From Daejeonella sp. (GTDB lineage Bacteria; Bacteroidota; Bacteroidia; Sphingobacteriales; Sphingobacteriaceae): a DNA stretch of 64,000 nucleotides. Both the position numbers and the translations under genes were made by a program. The stretch covers positions 4,898 through 68,897 of the forward strand of contig JBGTBV010000146.1 of NCBI GenBank assembly GCA_041749185.1, read 5' to 3'. The notes under the pieces were generated by a model that saw only the letters and a program-made list of their open reading frames with translations, was not told the DNA's origin and made no database searches. The stretch's first letter is position 1; every line of letters begins with the position of its first letter. Shown one piece after another: positions 10,897 through 20,600 of the stretch.

Positions 10897-11058
10897 AACT
10901 TGGAATTGACGTGTATCGGGTGGAATGCAGGTAACGGAAATATTATAAAATTTTCCCAAACACAACTAAATTCTTTCAGGTTATGGATCAAACAAGTACC
11001 GGCCAAACATTTTTTTGGTATCTGCCCCGGTTATTTTAAAACGCCAAACACAAGCCCT

Positions 11059-11589
11059 ATGGAACATAATTTTCACGATGAAGATAACAATGTCAAAAAC
11101 TACAGCGGCGCCGAAGCCATTAAAAAGTTAAAAGAGTTAGCTGAAGATGCCCGGATCTGCATGTTCACTACCTTTACTACCGAACGCCCGCTTCCGAGCA
11201 GGCCGATGGCGCTACAGGGTGTTGACGAAGACGGAACCCTTCAATTTTTCAGTGCCACAAACTCAGACAAGAACCGGGAAATTGAAGCTGATGCTTATGT
11301 ACAGCTTTTTTTTGAAAACAATAGCAGCAGCGAATATTTGCACGTTTTCGGTCAAGCGGTTATTTCGCAAAACCGTGAAAAGATCAGGGAACTTTGGAGC
11401 GCCTGGGCAAAAACATGGTTCCAGGATGGCCCGGAGGATCCGAAGCTAAGTTTAATCAGCGTAAAGCCTCAAGCCAGCGAATATTGGGATACCAAACACA
11501 ACAAAATGGTTCAGTTAATCAAGATTGCCGCTTCCATAGTTTCTGGTAAAACTATGGATGATGGCGTTGAAGGAAAATTGAACATCTAA
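11059..11589 (+). CDS. pyridoxamine 5'-phosphate oxidase-like FMN-binding protein (general stress protein 26 family)
   Basis: From the internal ATG at 11059 (MEHNFHDE...), the pattern ARICMFTT ... RPMALQ ... YLHVFGQA ... EYWD fits the GSP26/PNPOx-like fold. The 10900..11058 extension looks non-coding. Confidence 0.7.
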   Translation: MEHNFHDEDNNVKNYSGAEAIKKLKELAEDARICMFTTFTTERPLPSRPMALQGVDEDGTLQFFSATNSDKNREIEADAYVQLFFENNSSSEYLHVFGQAVISQNREKIRELWSAWAKTWFQDGPEDPKLSLISVKPQASEYWDTKHNKMVQLIKIAASIVSGKTMDDGVEGKLNI

Positions 11590-11653
11590 GTAATTCTAAT
11601 CAGGTGAGCGGTATTACCGACGACGAAGCCTTGGAATTATTTTTTTTAAAAGG

Positions 11654-11675
11654 AGAGCCCGGCTCTTCTTTTTTC
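11654..11675 (+). terminator. weak candidate intrinsic terminator after the PNPOx-like gene
   Basis: A short stem (agagc / gctct) with a 3-nt loop, followed by the run tcttttttcg. Confidence 0.35.
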
Positions 11676-11843
11676 GTTTACCGCCCTATAAACCAGTATT
11701 TGCCAATTGACTCAAGGTTTTTTTACAGACCGCTTCTGCCCTGTAATTATTTCTGTGCTTAAAGTTTTTAGATTTGTGCCCGTTATGAGCGGTTTATCCG
11801 CCAATAGCGGCCAGCCAAAATAATAATAGAGCACACACACATA

Positions 11844-12800
11844 ATGCGGAAACTTTTTTACCTCCTTGCGGCTACATTGCTGATTTTTTTTCCAGCGGTT
11901 TACATATTTATCCCCAACCAGATTGTAGTTTCAAAATCCGAGTTAGTTGAATCGAGCGAGCGGATCATAGCCGCCCACTTAAACTATAACCGCGGGCGCC
12001 AAAAATGGTGGCCTGCTCAGGACGATATAAAAACTGAAAGTAAATTAGCTGCTGATACGGGTACCATAACTCTTGATGGCTACCAATTTCATTTCATGGA
12101 TCCGCGGTTCAATTTAACAGAGGTGCTGATCAAGAAAGGAAACCTGGAAATAGAAAGTGTAATAACCTGGGAAGCTATGCCTAAAAATCTGATGAAAATT
12201 ACCTGGATCGGCACGTTTACAACCAGTGTTAATCCTTTTAAACGCGTTGCAGAATATCAAAAAGCGGTGATGCTGAAAAAGAATATGCGAACAATTTTAG
12301 ATAATCTGCTCGGCTATATTGTCAGTTCAGAAAACATTTATGGTTTTAATTTCCGAAGAGAAACCGTAAGAGATACCGTTTTGGCAACGGCAACCATTAA
12401 CAGCAAAACCTATCCCGGGCTTCCTGAAATATATAACCTGATCGACTCTGTAAAGCGCTTCTCTAAAGCAAAAAATGCGAAGCAGCAAAATCCGCCCATG
12501 TTAAACATCTCCGTAACCGAGAGCGGCGGCTACCGCACCATGATAGCCATACCCATTAATAGAGTAATTGAGCAAAACGAGAATATTGCCGTGAAGCGGA
12601 TGGTGCCCGGCAATATTTTAGTTGTCCGGGTAACAGGAGGACCAAATACCATTGAAAAAGCGTTTGATCAAATGAAAATTTACATGCGGGATTTTAAACT
12701 AACCTCTCCGGCAATACCTTTTCAATCGCTCGTTACAAACCGGATTGCTGAGCCCGACACGGCGAAATGGGTAACAGAACTTTACTATCCTATATTTTAA
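11844..12800 (+). CDS. hypothetical N-terminally membrane-anchored protein (possibly SRPBCC/GyrI-like ligand-binding folds)
   Basis: N-terminal TM segment LLAATLLIFFPAVYIFI with no catalytic motif. The fold guess is only a resemblance. Confidence 0.55.
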   Translation: MRKLFYLLAATLLIFFPAVYIFIPNQIVVSKSELVESSERIIAAHLNYNRGRQKWWPAQDDIKTESKLAADTGTITLDGYQFHFMDPRFNLTEVLIKKGNLEIESVITWEAMPKNLMKITWIGTFTTSVNPFKRVAEYQKAVMLKKNMRTILDNLLGYIVSSENIYGFNFRRETVRDTVLATATINSKTYPGLPEIYNLIDSVKRFSKAKNAKQQNPPMLNISVTESGGYRTMIAIPINRVIEQNENIAVKRMVPGNILVVRVTGGPNTIEKAFDQMKIYMRDFKLTSPAIPFQSLVTNRIAEPDTAKWVTELYYPIF

Positions 12801-12882
12801 AAACAAACATCAAAAAAGATTTGATCAATTGGCGAGGTAGTTAGAAGATTTTATACTGGTTGAATCTGCTTAATTACCAGTT

Positions 12883-13623
12883 TTATTCGTGGTGACCCGA
12901 TTCGTCTTTAAACGTTTTCATCAAACGATCCCAGAAGGTGAAATATAATCCATAATTATCCCTGCATTTGAGATGATGCAGATTATGATGAATGGGATAG
13001 CCCTTTAACCGATGCCAGCTTGTTTGCCTGTAGGTATAATTTGTTAATTCATACCCGGCGTGGCCGCGTACATTCTTGTAAACCATATATATCAAAAAAC
13101 ACAAAATAGCTAACGGATGTGCGGGAATGAATATAATCATTATCGGGAGCACCGCTGCTTGTATAATTGCTTCGAGCGGGTGAAATGAAAGGGAAGTAAA
13201 CGGTGATGGATTAGTTGAAAGATGATGAACAGTATGTATTTTTTCATACCACCCTGGAAGGTGTAGCAAACGATGAGTCCAGTAGAAATACATGTCATGA
13301 AAAAGCATGAGCAGGAAGATGGATGCCGGCATGTAAATTACATCAAGTGTGTTAACTTCCATATAGATAACGCTGTAACCATTTTGATACAACAAAAACA
13401 CCCCATAGCCCGAAAAGGCAAATAGGCATAACGACGTAAAACTGTAGTTTAGTTCTCGCCTAATCTGGGCGGGCACAGAATACTCAGGCTGTATTTTGCT
13501 TTTTTTTAGATGCATGCTTTTTCGCGAATAATAGCTTAAGTAAAAAGCCACCATAGTAATGAGGAATAGTACCGGAACCAGAAAGGTGCTTAAAATCCAG
13601 AAATATTCGTGTATAATATTCAT
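12883..13623 (-). CDS. fatty acid hydroxylase / sterol desaturase superfamily membrane di-iron enzyme
   Basis: Four or more TM helices and three His boxes: HDMYFYWTHRLLH, HTVHH and HHNLHH. Its start lies 1 nt after the stop of the upstream KAS III-like gene. Confidence 0.85.
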   Translation of the reverse strand: MNIIHEYFWILSTFLVPVLFLITMVAFYLSYYSRKSMHLKKSKIQPEYSVPAQIRRELNYSFTSLCLFAFSGYGVFLLYQNGYSVIYMEVNTLDVIYMPASIFLLMLFHDMYFYWTHRLLHLPGWYEKIHTVHHLSTNPSPFTSLSFHPLEAIIQAAVLPIMIIFIPAHPLAILCFLIYMVYKNVRGHAGYELTNYTYRQTSWHRLKGYPIHHNLHHLKCRDNYGLYFTFWDRLMKTFKDESGHHE

Positions 13624-13624
13624 A

Positions 13625-14512
13625 TCAGAATTGCCAAAGCCCTGCTGTAATTAATCCGCCGGTTCCAAAGCTACAGATCATCACCTTTTTATTTTGAATT
13701 TCGGATTTTATAATATCTAAAACAATACCTGTTGTGGCACAGCCGCAATTTCCGGTCATCTTAGCTATATTTATGAACCGTAACGGATATTTTGAAAACA
13801 CCTGTTCAAGATGATTGATAATCTGCTCATTTACCTGGTGGAGGATCAATATGTCCGGGTGACCGCATTCTGAAATGAAATTCAAATAGAAGCTTTCCGC
13901 TTCTTTCATCAGTTTAATGGCCAGATGATTATTAAGAAGGAGCCCGAGATGTTTACGTGAATCAGTTAAAATCTCCTCCAGATTCTCTGATATAATTTCA
14001 TCAGCATCGTGCCCTAAGCCAATCTTTACTACGTTGTGAAGATCTTTATACTGTTTGCTTTTGGAATGAATCAGTCTTTTATTATTGTCAGAAAAAGAAA
14101 TGCAGCTTGCAAATACGCCGTTGTTAAAAGCTTTGTAAACCGGACTGGATGGCGAAGATGCTTTGCGAGCCGCATCCGCCGTAACTACCAATACATTACT
14201 TCTGTTAAATTCGGCTAAATGAGAAGCAAGAATAAGCGCAGATACACCGCCGGCACAACCCTGAACCAAATCGATGGTATGAGTATTACTAAGTAATGGA
14301 TGGAAGCATTGATTGAGGCTTTGACCAAGAGATGGGGCAATGGAATCAGGGCAAGAAGTGGCAACCAGCAAATGCGAATACTCCATTTTTTCATCAAATA
14401 CCCGATCTAGGCAATATTCAGAAAGACTTAAAACCGTATGCTTTCCCAGATTGATTTTATCTAAAACTATGCTTCGATGTTCTGAAAACATTCGGCTTAT
14501 TGCTACACCCAT
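13625..14512 (-). CDS. 3-oxoacyl-ACP synthase III (FabH)-like condensing enzyme, short form
   Basis: Thiolase-fold contexts for the Cys/His/Asn triad: VQGCAGGVSAL, ILHQVNEQII and TGNCGCATTG, plus a C-terminal FGTGG. At 295 aa it is shorter than a typical FabH. Confidence 0.75.
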   Translation of the reverse strand: MGVAISRMFSEHRSIVLDKINLGKHTVLSLSEYCLDRVFDEKMEYSHLLVATSCPDSIAPSLGQSLNQCFHPLLSNTHTIDLVQGCAGGVSALILASHLAEFNRSNVLVVTADAARKASSPSSPVYKAFNNGVFASCISFSDNNKRLIHSKSKQYKDLHNVVKIGLGHDADEIISENLEEILTDSRKHLGLLLNNHLAIKLMKEAESFYLNFISECGHPDILILHQVNEQIINHLEQVFSKYPLRFINIAKMTGNCGCATTGIVLDIIKSEIQNKKVMICSFGTGGLITAGLWQF

Positions 14513-14553
14513 AACGCGTTCTAAAAAAGGATTCTGAAGAATCTTGAATGCAT

Positions 14554-14572
14554 AAATTTATATTATAAATTT
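14554..14572. promoter_or_regulatory. 19-nt perfect palindrome AAATTTATA-T-TATAAATTT in the divergent promoter region
   Basis: Read directly. It sits in the 103-bp gap between the divergent starts at 14512 (-) and 14616 (+). Confidence 0.35.
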
Positions 14573-14615
14573 TTATATTTAAGTAATAATACTTTATAAT
14601 TTTACCACTAAGCTT

Positions 14616-16286
14616 ATGAAACCTCATTCTCTCCAAAAGAAAATAGTGGCTTATATGCTGCTTTTTTCATGTGTTAACTTATTTGTTGGATGCAACCGCT
14701 TTTACCGTCCGGTTGAAGTAAATAGTCCGAATCTCGAAAGTAAAAATCTTTCATTAAGGCAACTAACCGGAGAAGGTCGCTATTTTATCCTACGTAAAGG
14801 AAAGGAGAGTTATTCATTATCTGATATAGTTTACAGCCAACCTGCGATGACATTAACAGCAAGCGTTCATCAAGTTCGATCTAATCATAATCTTTACACT
14901 CAAGCCCAAAAAAAAACCCGCCGCATTTATGTAAAATCAAAGCAACAGGATGCAGTTCTCGAAGAAGTGCACTTGTTCATACCAAATACGTTAAAGATCA
15001 ATACTACCGGCCGCTATGTTTTAGATCTTTCTGATATTCAGAAAATAGAAGTGATCGAATTCGACAAAGGGAAAACTACTTCGAGTTATGTTTTGGGAAC
15101 TATTGGTTTTGTAGTAGGTGCCGTGTTAATTGCTGCAATTATTTCAGCGGCAACTTACGAAGAGCCCGAACCAACCTCGTCCTGCCCGTACATCAGTACA
15201 TATGACGGGGAAAAATATGTATTGCAGGGCGAAATTTATGGGGGCGCTATATTTCCACAATTGCAAAGAGATGATTACCTGCCCTTAAAAACACAGTCTA
15301 TAAATCAAATTTACAGCCTAAAAATTAGTAATGAACTGCAGGAAATCCAGCATACTGATTTTGCTGACCTGTTGGTCGTAGAACATAATTCTGCTCATAA
15401 AATAATGATCGGGCCGGATGGCCAGCTTCATACCATTTTAAATCCACAGGCGCCTTTAAAGGCTCTGTTAAACAATCAAATGGATGTAAGCACATCGCTA
15501 TTAACAAAAGATAACAAGAGTTGCTTGTTTAACGGCACCAGCAGCCCGAATAATTCTGAAGAGCTGAACTTAACTTTTAAAAATGATTTGAAAAACACCA
15601 GTGCGAAACTTGTCCTTAATCTAAAATCGTCTTCCTGGTTTGATAATTTGTATAGCGAATTTACAAAGGGTTTAGGTAGCTACTATCCAACCTGGATTAA
15701 AAAGCAGAGCAAGGAACCCTCAGCTAATTTGGAAAAATGGATGGACGAACAGCATATTCCGTTAACTATTTCTGTAAATACTCCACAGGGATGGAAAATA
15801 GTTAAAAAACTCAAAACGATTGGCCCATTGTTAAACCGTGAATTAATTATCCCTCTAAGCGTTCCTGCTGATGAACAGACGGAGATAAAATTATCATGCG
15901 GTTATTTGTTTTGGGAGGTGGATTATGCATCAATTGATTTTTCTGACGATGAGCCTTTCACCACTACTCGGTTGAAACCGTTTGAAGCCATCAATGAACT
16001 TAACGTTGATGTTTTGCCTGAAATTCTTCAACCCGATAGGAAGTTTTTAAACCAACCTAATTCGGGTGATGCCACTATCTTAAAATACAAAGTTAAAAAA
16101 ACTCCAGACGGGAAAACTCAAACGTTTTTTCTTCACAGCAGCGGATATTATGAACATGTTCGGAATTATAAAGGAACACCTAAAACGGCTTTTCTCAAAA
16201 GTTTTAAAAAACCGGGTGCCTTTCCTGCTTTTAGTAAAAGGCGGTTCTCAGAAACATGGAAAACATTAGCGAGTGCTCAACAATGA
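14616..16286 (+). CDS. hypothetical lipobox-bearing membrane protein (556 aa)
   Basis: N-terminal signal with lipobox LFVGC, a second hydrophobic helix (YVLGTIGFVVGAVLIAAIISAATY) around residue 170, and a ~380-aa C-terminal domain with no recognisable motif. The composition is AT-rich/K,N-rich. Confidence 0.7.
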   Translation: MKPHSLQKKIVAYMLLFSCVNLFVGCNRFYRPVEVNSPNLESKNLSLRQLTGEGRYFILRKGKESYSLSDIVYSQPAMTLTASVHQVRSNHNLYTQAQKKTRRIYVKSKQQDAVLEEVHLFIPNTLKINTTGRYVLDLSDIQKIEVIEFDKGKTTSSYVLGTIGFVVGAVLIAAIISAATYEEPEPTSSCPYISTYDGEKYVLQGEIYGGAIFPQLQRDDYLPLKTQSINQIYSLKISNELQEIQHTDFADLLVVEHNSAHKIMIGPDGQLHTILNPQAPLKALLNNQMDVSTSLLTKDNKSCLFNGTSSPNNSEELNLTFKNDLKNTSAKLVLNLKSSSWFDNLYSEFTKGLGSYYPTWIKKQSKEPSANLEKWMDEQHIPLTISVNTPQGWKIVKKLKTIGPLLNRELIIPLSVPADEQTEIKLSCGYLFWEVDYASIDFSDDEPFTTTRLKPFEAINELNVDVLPEILQPDRKFLNQPNSGDATILKYKVKKTPDGKTQTFFLHSSGYYEHVRNYKGTPKTAFLKSFKKPGAFPAFSKRRFSETWKTLASAQQ

Positions 16287-16287
16287 A

Positions 16288-17520
16288 ATGATGCTGAAAA
16301 ATGGACTTACTGCCGGCTACACTTTCTCAACTGAGATCACTAATGTACAGAAAGCGCAAAAGTCAGGGAATAAAGGCAATTCTGTGCGAATTCTGAAAGG
16401 CTGGGAGAAATGCTGGATTGAATTAAGGGCAGGCTTGCATATATTCAGTCTAGCCATACGTAATTACGGCTCAACTAGCCGCTCGGTCAAAGTTTTAAAA
16501 ACCTTGTATTTATTTAAAAAATCAATTTTGGGTGGGATTGAAACAAAAATTGTTAAGGCAGATTCAAAGTATTATCATAGCATATATGCCCCCGGCTACC
16601 CTTCAGAAGCCTTTGATCGGTATATTGAGGCTGAATTTCATCGAATTTCGCCGCTAAAAAAGAAAACTAACTTTCTAAATTTCATCTTTTTCGCAATTAC
16701 CAGTAAATGTCCGCTGCAATGCGAGCATTGTTTCGAATGGAATAACTTAAACAAGGCTGAAACTTTTTCTTTGGAGGAGTTAAAAAGTGTGGTTAATAAA
16801 TTTCAGGCTGAGGGCATCACCCAATTTCACTTTAGTGGCGGCGAACCTATGGTAAGAATTAAAGACCTTTTACAATTAATTGCCGGAAGCAGAAAAGACT
16901 CCGAATTTTATGTTTTAACTTCCGGATTCAATTTTACCGCAGCTCATGCCGTTTCTTTAAAACAGGCAGGACTTACCGGTGTAGTGATTAGTCTGGATCA
17001 TTTCGAACCCGAAAAACATAATGCTTTCCGCGGTTTCCGCAATTCTTACAACGACGTAATCAAGGCCGTACAAAACGCAAGTGAGCAGAACCTAATTGTG
17101 GTATTAACAATCTGCGCCACCAAAACTTTCATCAGCCAGGGAAATCTAATTAAATATGCAGAACTGGCAAAAAGCTTAAATGTGCCATTTATTCAAATTC
17201 TTGAGCCTAAAGCAATTGGTCATTATGAAAACACAGACGTTTGCCTGAATGAAAATCATATTTGTTTATTAGAAGAATTCTACCACAAATTAAACTTTGA
17301 CCCAGATTACGTAAATTATCCCATAATCATTTATCATGGCTATCATCAACGCCGGATCGGCTGTCTGGCAGGCGGAAATCGTACGTTGTATATTGATTGT
17401 GAAGGCTTTGTAAACGCTTGTCCATTTTGCCATACTAAAAATTTTAATATTCGGAATGCTATTCAACCAGGAATAAATATACCATCAGCTATGCAGTCCA
17501 TGGGTTGCCAACGTTATTGA
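16288..17520 (+). CDS. radical SAM enzyme with C-terminal SPASM/twitch-like Cys cluster and ~130-aa N-terminal extension
   Basis: CX3CX2C motif CPLQCEHC, a GGEPM SAM-binding motif, and a C-terminal CLAGGNRTLYIDCEGFVNACPFC stretch (CX13GX4C followed by CX2C). The ATG at 16288 lies 1 nt after the upstream stop. The ORF-track GTG at 16273 would overlap that gene by 14 nt. Confidence 0.85.
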   Translation: MMLKNGLTAGYTFSTEITNVQKAQKSGNKGNSVRILKGWEKCWIELRAGLHIFSLAIRNYGSTSRSVKVLKTLYLFKKSILGGIETKIVKADSKYYHSIYAPGYPSEAFDRYIEAEFHRISPLKKKTNFLNFIFFAITSKCPLQCEHCFEWNNLNKAETFSLEELKSVVNKFQAEGITQFHFSGGEPMVRIKDLLQLIAGSRKDSEFYVLTSGFNFTAAHAVSLKQAGLTGVVISLDHFEPEKHNAFRGFRNSYNDVIKAVQNASEQNLIVVLTICATKTFISQGNLIKYAELAKSLNVPFIQILEPKAIGHYENTDVCLNENHICLLEEFYHKLNFDPDYVNYPIIIYHGYHQRRIGCLAGGNRTLYIDCEGFVNACPFCHTKNFNIRNAIQPGINIPSAMQSMGCQRY

Positions 17521-17652
17521 AGTTTATGTAGGTTCCCTATTATCGTCGAAATTCTAACATACCACTTGTTTCCGAACAAATAGGTCCCCATGCTTCCTGT
17601 TAACCACTGCCCTTTTTCAGAAACCCTCATGATTTTTAACCACATTCTAACT

Positions 17653-20600
17653 TTAATATTTAGCCAAAACAGCTTTACTATTGATGATTGAAACATTCAA
17701 GAGTTTTCCTTCACTTGTCAGAATTATCCAGTTAGACTCTTTATTAGGGTTTAATTTGGAAATGAAGCTAATCTCATTAAAATTAAAAAAAGAATTTACC
17801 CAATATTTAGGTGGTAAAAACGATTTGCTGCTGGTATTGTATTCCAATATAGCGAGTCCGAGGGCATCATATTTTCCCTCAAAAGGGATGGCTCCCCAGA
17901 AATTTCCGTTTATTAACAATGAATTTTTATCCGCTGTGGCCGCTGCCGAAACGAGGGGAGCCTGCTGATATAAGAATGGAAGTTCTGTTACCGTTTCAGA
18001 ACGGAGCACATCGCTGATAAAAATGCTGCTGAATGAATTTACTTCCAACCGGCCTTCTTCAGAAATCCGATCTTTAAATATCTCGGAAGTAGTTTTATCG
18101 GCCATTTTCTGATAACTGAGCCACTCCTTTTTTAGAAAAGGCAGCTCCTGCTCCAGATCAGTTTTTGGCCTGAAAGGGTAATGGTTTCCATTATAAAAAT
18201 AAGACAGGATGAAATCTGGCTTACCGTCGTTATCCAGATCATTGTTATAGCCATACAATGGCTGATTTTCTGCAACGTTATATTTATTGTTCAATCCCCA
18301 GTTACCGGCAAGCAGATCGGCTTTACCATCCTGGTCTAAATCGGCTATAGTTGCCGACTGCCACCAGCCCGATTTGTTTTTCAGCCCGGGCAAATTCTGT
18401 TTTCTAAGCGTTTTGCCATCATTTAAAAAAACCTGTATGGGTTGCCATTCAGCAGCAATAACTAAATCATCCTTACCGTCGGCGTTTAAATCGGCAACAG
18501 CCAGATCCCGTATAAACGGAATATTTGCCAGTTCAGAAAATAGCGCAGGCGGAGCTTTTTCAAAATTTCCGTTGCCACGATTCAGAAATAAAAACGAAGG
18601 CATTTTTCGGGTGTAGTCCTTAAAATAAACCGCTCCGGCCAATAGGATATCTTTTAATCCATCACCGTTATAATCTATTACTGCAAGTTTTGATATCGGA
18701 GAAAGCTGGGCAGGGAGTTGCTTTGCTTCGAATTTCAGGTTCCCCAAATTCATAAAAATGCGGTTGGGCTTAATACTTGGGAAATCAATCAACGGATGTT
18801 CTGAATTGGTAACCACCAAATCTAAATCCTTATCGTTATCCAGATCAACCCATTGAGCTTCCGCGTCGGCAGCGCCGAGATATTCAGAAAAAGCATCTAC
18901 CGATACTTTGTTGTACTTTCCAGCCTCATTTCCTACTAAAATATACTTTTCCTGGCCAGCAATCCCGCCAATATACAGATCATCAAAACCATCATTATTA
19001 ATATCTGCTACCGCGATGGCTGGTGTATGCTTCAGATAACTATGCGGTAACAGGGAATAATAATTAAAATCAGGGGTCTCGGTGACGCTTATTTCTGCGA
19101 TCAGTTCGGCATTGATATTCTGGTATTCAAATTGGGAACTGCCTTGTACAAAATCAGAAATAACACCCGATATCTGATTGCCAGAAGCAATAACCGCTGC
19201 CACGTCCCAAACAATTTTTTGATTTGTTTGGAGCGTAAAATCCTTCAGGGTCTGGTAAGAATTATCCGGCCATACCAACAAAAGATCAGCAGGCTTATCG
19301 CCGTTTGCAAAGGTAAAAAGCAAATTATTGTTCTGATTGCTTTGGAAAGCCGTACTGGTTTGGATTTCCTGATGGTCAACATCGCCGCCCCTGGAGCGAA
19401 GGAAAAGCTTGGTTCCTATCCCGTCCATATTGGCTCCTTTAAATTTCACCGAAAATGTAAGGAACGCAGGCTTCTTTTCTGCGCCGGCCCTGATTGTATT
19501 GTTCTGGTATAAGAAAGCCGGTTCATCCATATTATTGCACACAATGTCCAAATCGCCGTCATTATCCAGATCTGCATAAACGGTACCTGCCGAAGCGGAA
19601 GGTTTGGTCATAGCATTAACTGCTGACACATCTGTAAACTTCAACGCACTATCGCCGCGGTATAAAACATTGGCAACCCGGCCGTCTGGCATTTTTTCAA
19701 TTTTTGTCCGGTCAAACTTCCGGTTTTTATCAAAGTCGTTCAGCACAGTCGGATCTCCAAGATATTTCAGGTAATCCAGATCGTTTAAACGTTTTTTAAT
19801 CCCGTTAGAAAAAAACAAATCTTTGCGGCCATCCATGTCAAAATCCTGTATCAAGGGCGACCATGTCCAGTCTGTTGCCGAAACGCCCGCATACAAACCG
19901 ATATCTACAAATTTCTTCCCGTTTGCCACATTTAGCTGGAGCGAATTTCTTGAGTTCTGATAGTAGAAGCCGCTTTTAACTTCGAGATTGTAAATGTCCA
20001 GCGGTTCATCATTAATGGTCGTTTTCAGCATCTTCATATCGGCGGGAAGCATATCTGTAGAAACAATGTCCAGGTTTCCATCCAGATTAATATCGCCCGC
20101 GACGCTCCCCATAGAAAAAAGGCTGGTATGCCCGAAAGCTTCTTTCAATTTCTCTTTAAACGTGCCGTCTTTTTGGTTGATGTAATAATAATCCTGTTCG
20201 AAAAAATCATTGCTCACGTAAATATCGTCCCAACCATCATTATTAAAATCAGAAATGCTAAGCCCCAAACCATAGCCAATTGAAGCGGCGTAAATTCCCG
20301 ATTGCTGGGTAACGTCGGTAAATTTATTGTCATCGTTTCTGAAGAGATGATCGCCGGCAATTTCATTGTACTTAAACCGCAAGGTTGAGTCGCCGTAGGT
20401 ATCGTTGCTATGAACCGAATGGGTGAGCAGGAACATATCCAGGTCGCCGTCTTTATCGTAATCAAAAAATGACGCCTGAGTAGACAGTCCGGAGAAATCC
20501 AAACCATAATCCGCTGCCTTTTCTGAGAAGGTAAGATTGCCGTTGTTGATATATAATTGATTTTTCCCCTTCAGGCTTTTGTATCCCGAAACAACCGAAA

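Noticed and set aside
10900-11058. N-terminal ORF extensions suggested by the longest-ORF track. They are 10900..11058, 1601..1690, 36517..36588, 24387..24413, 29005..29019, 31023..31067, 42434..42439 and 16273..16287.
   Set aside because: The extensions start at TTG/GTG or add residues that disrupt signal peptides or family N-termini. They also overlap upstream genes or a terminator hairpin. The internal ATG starts give cleaner N-termini.
17521-17696. Small ORFs after the radical SAM gene as possible RiPP precursors: a 33-codon plus-strand ORF starting at the ATG near 17590, and the 60-aa minus-strand ORF 17514..17696.
   Set aside because: Both overlap the 3' end of the VCBS gene or the rSAM gene. 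Neither has a leader/core-like pattern or Cys/Gly-rich core, and nothing else supports them.
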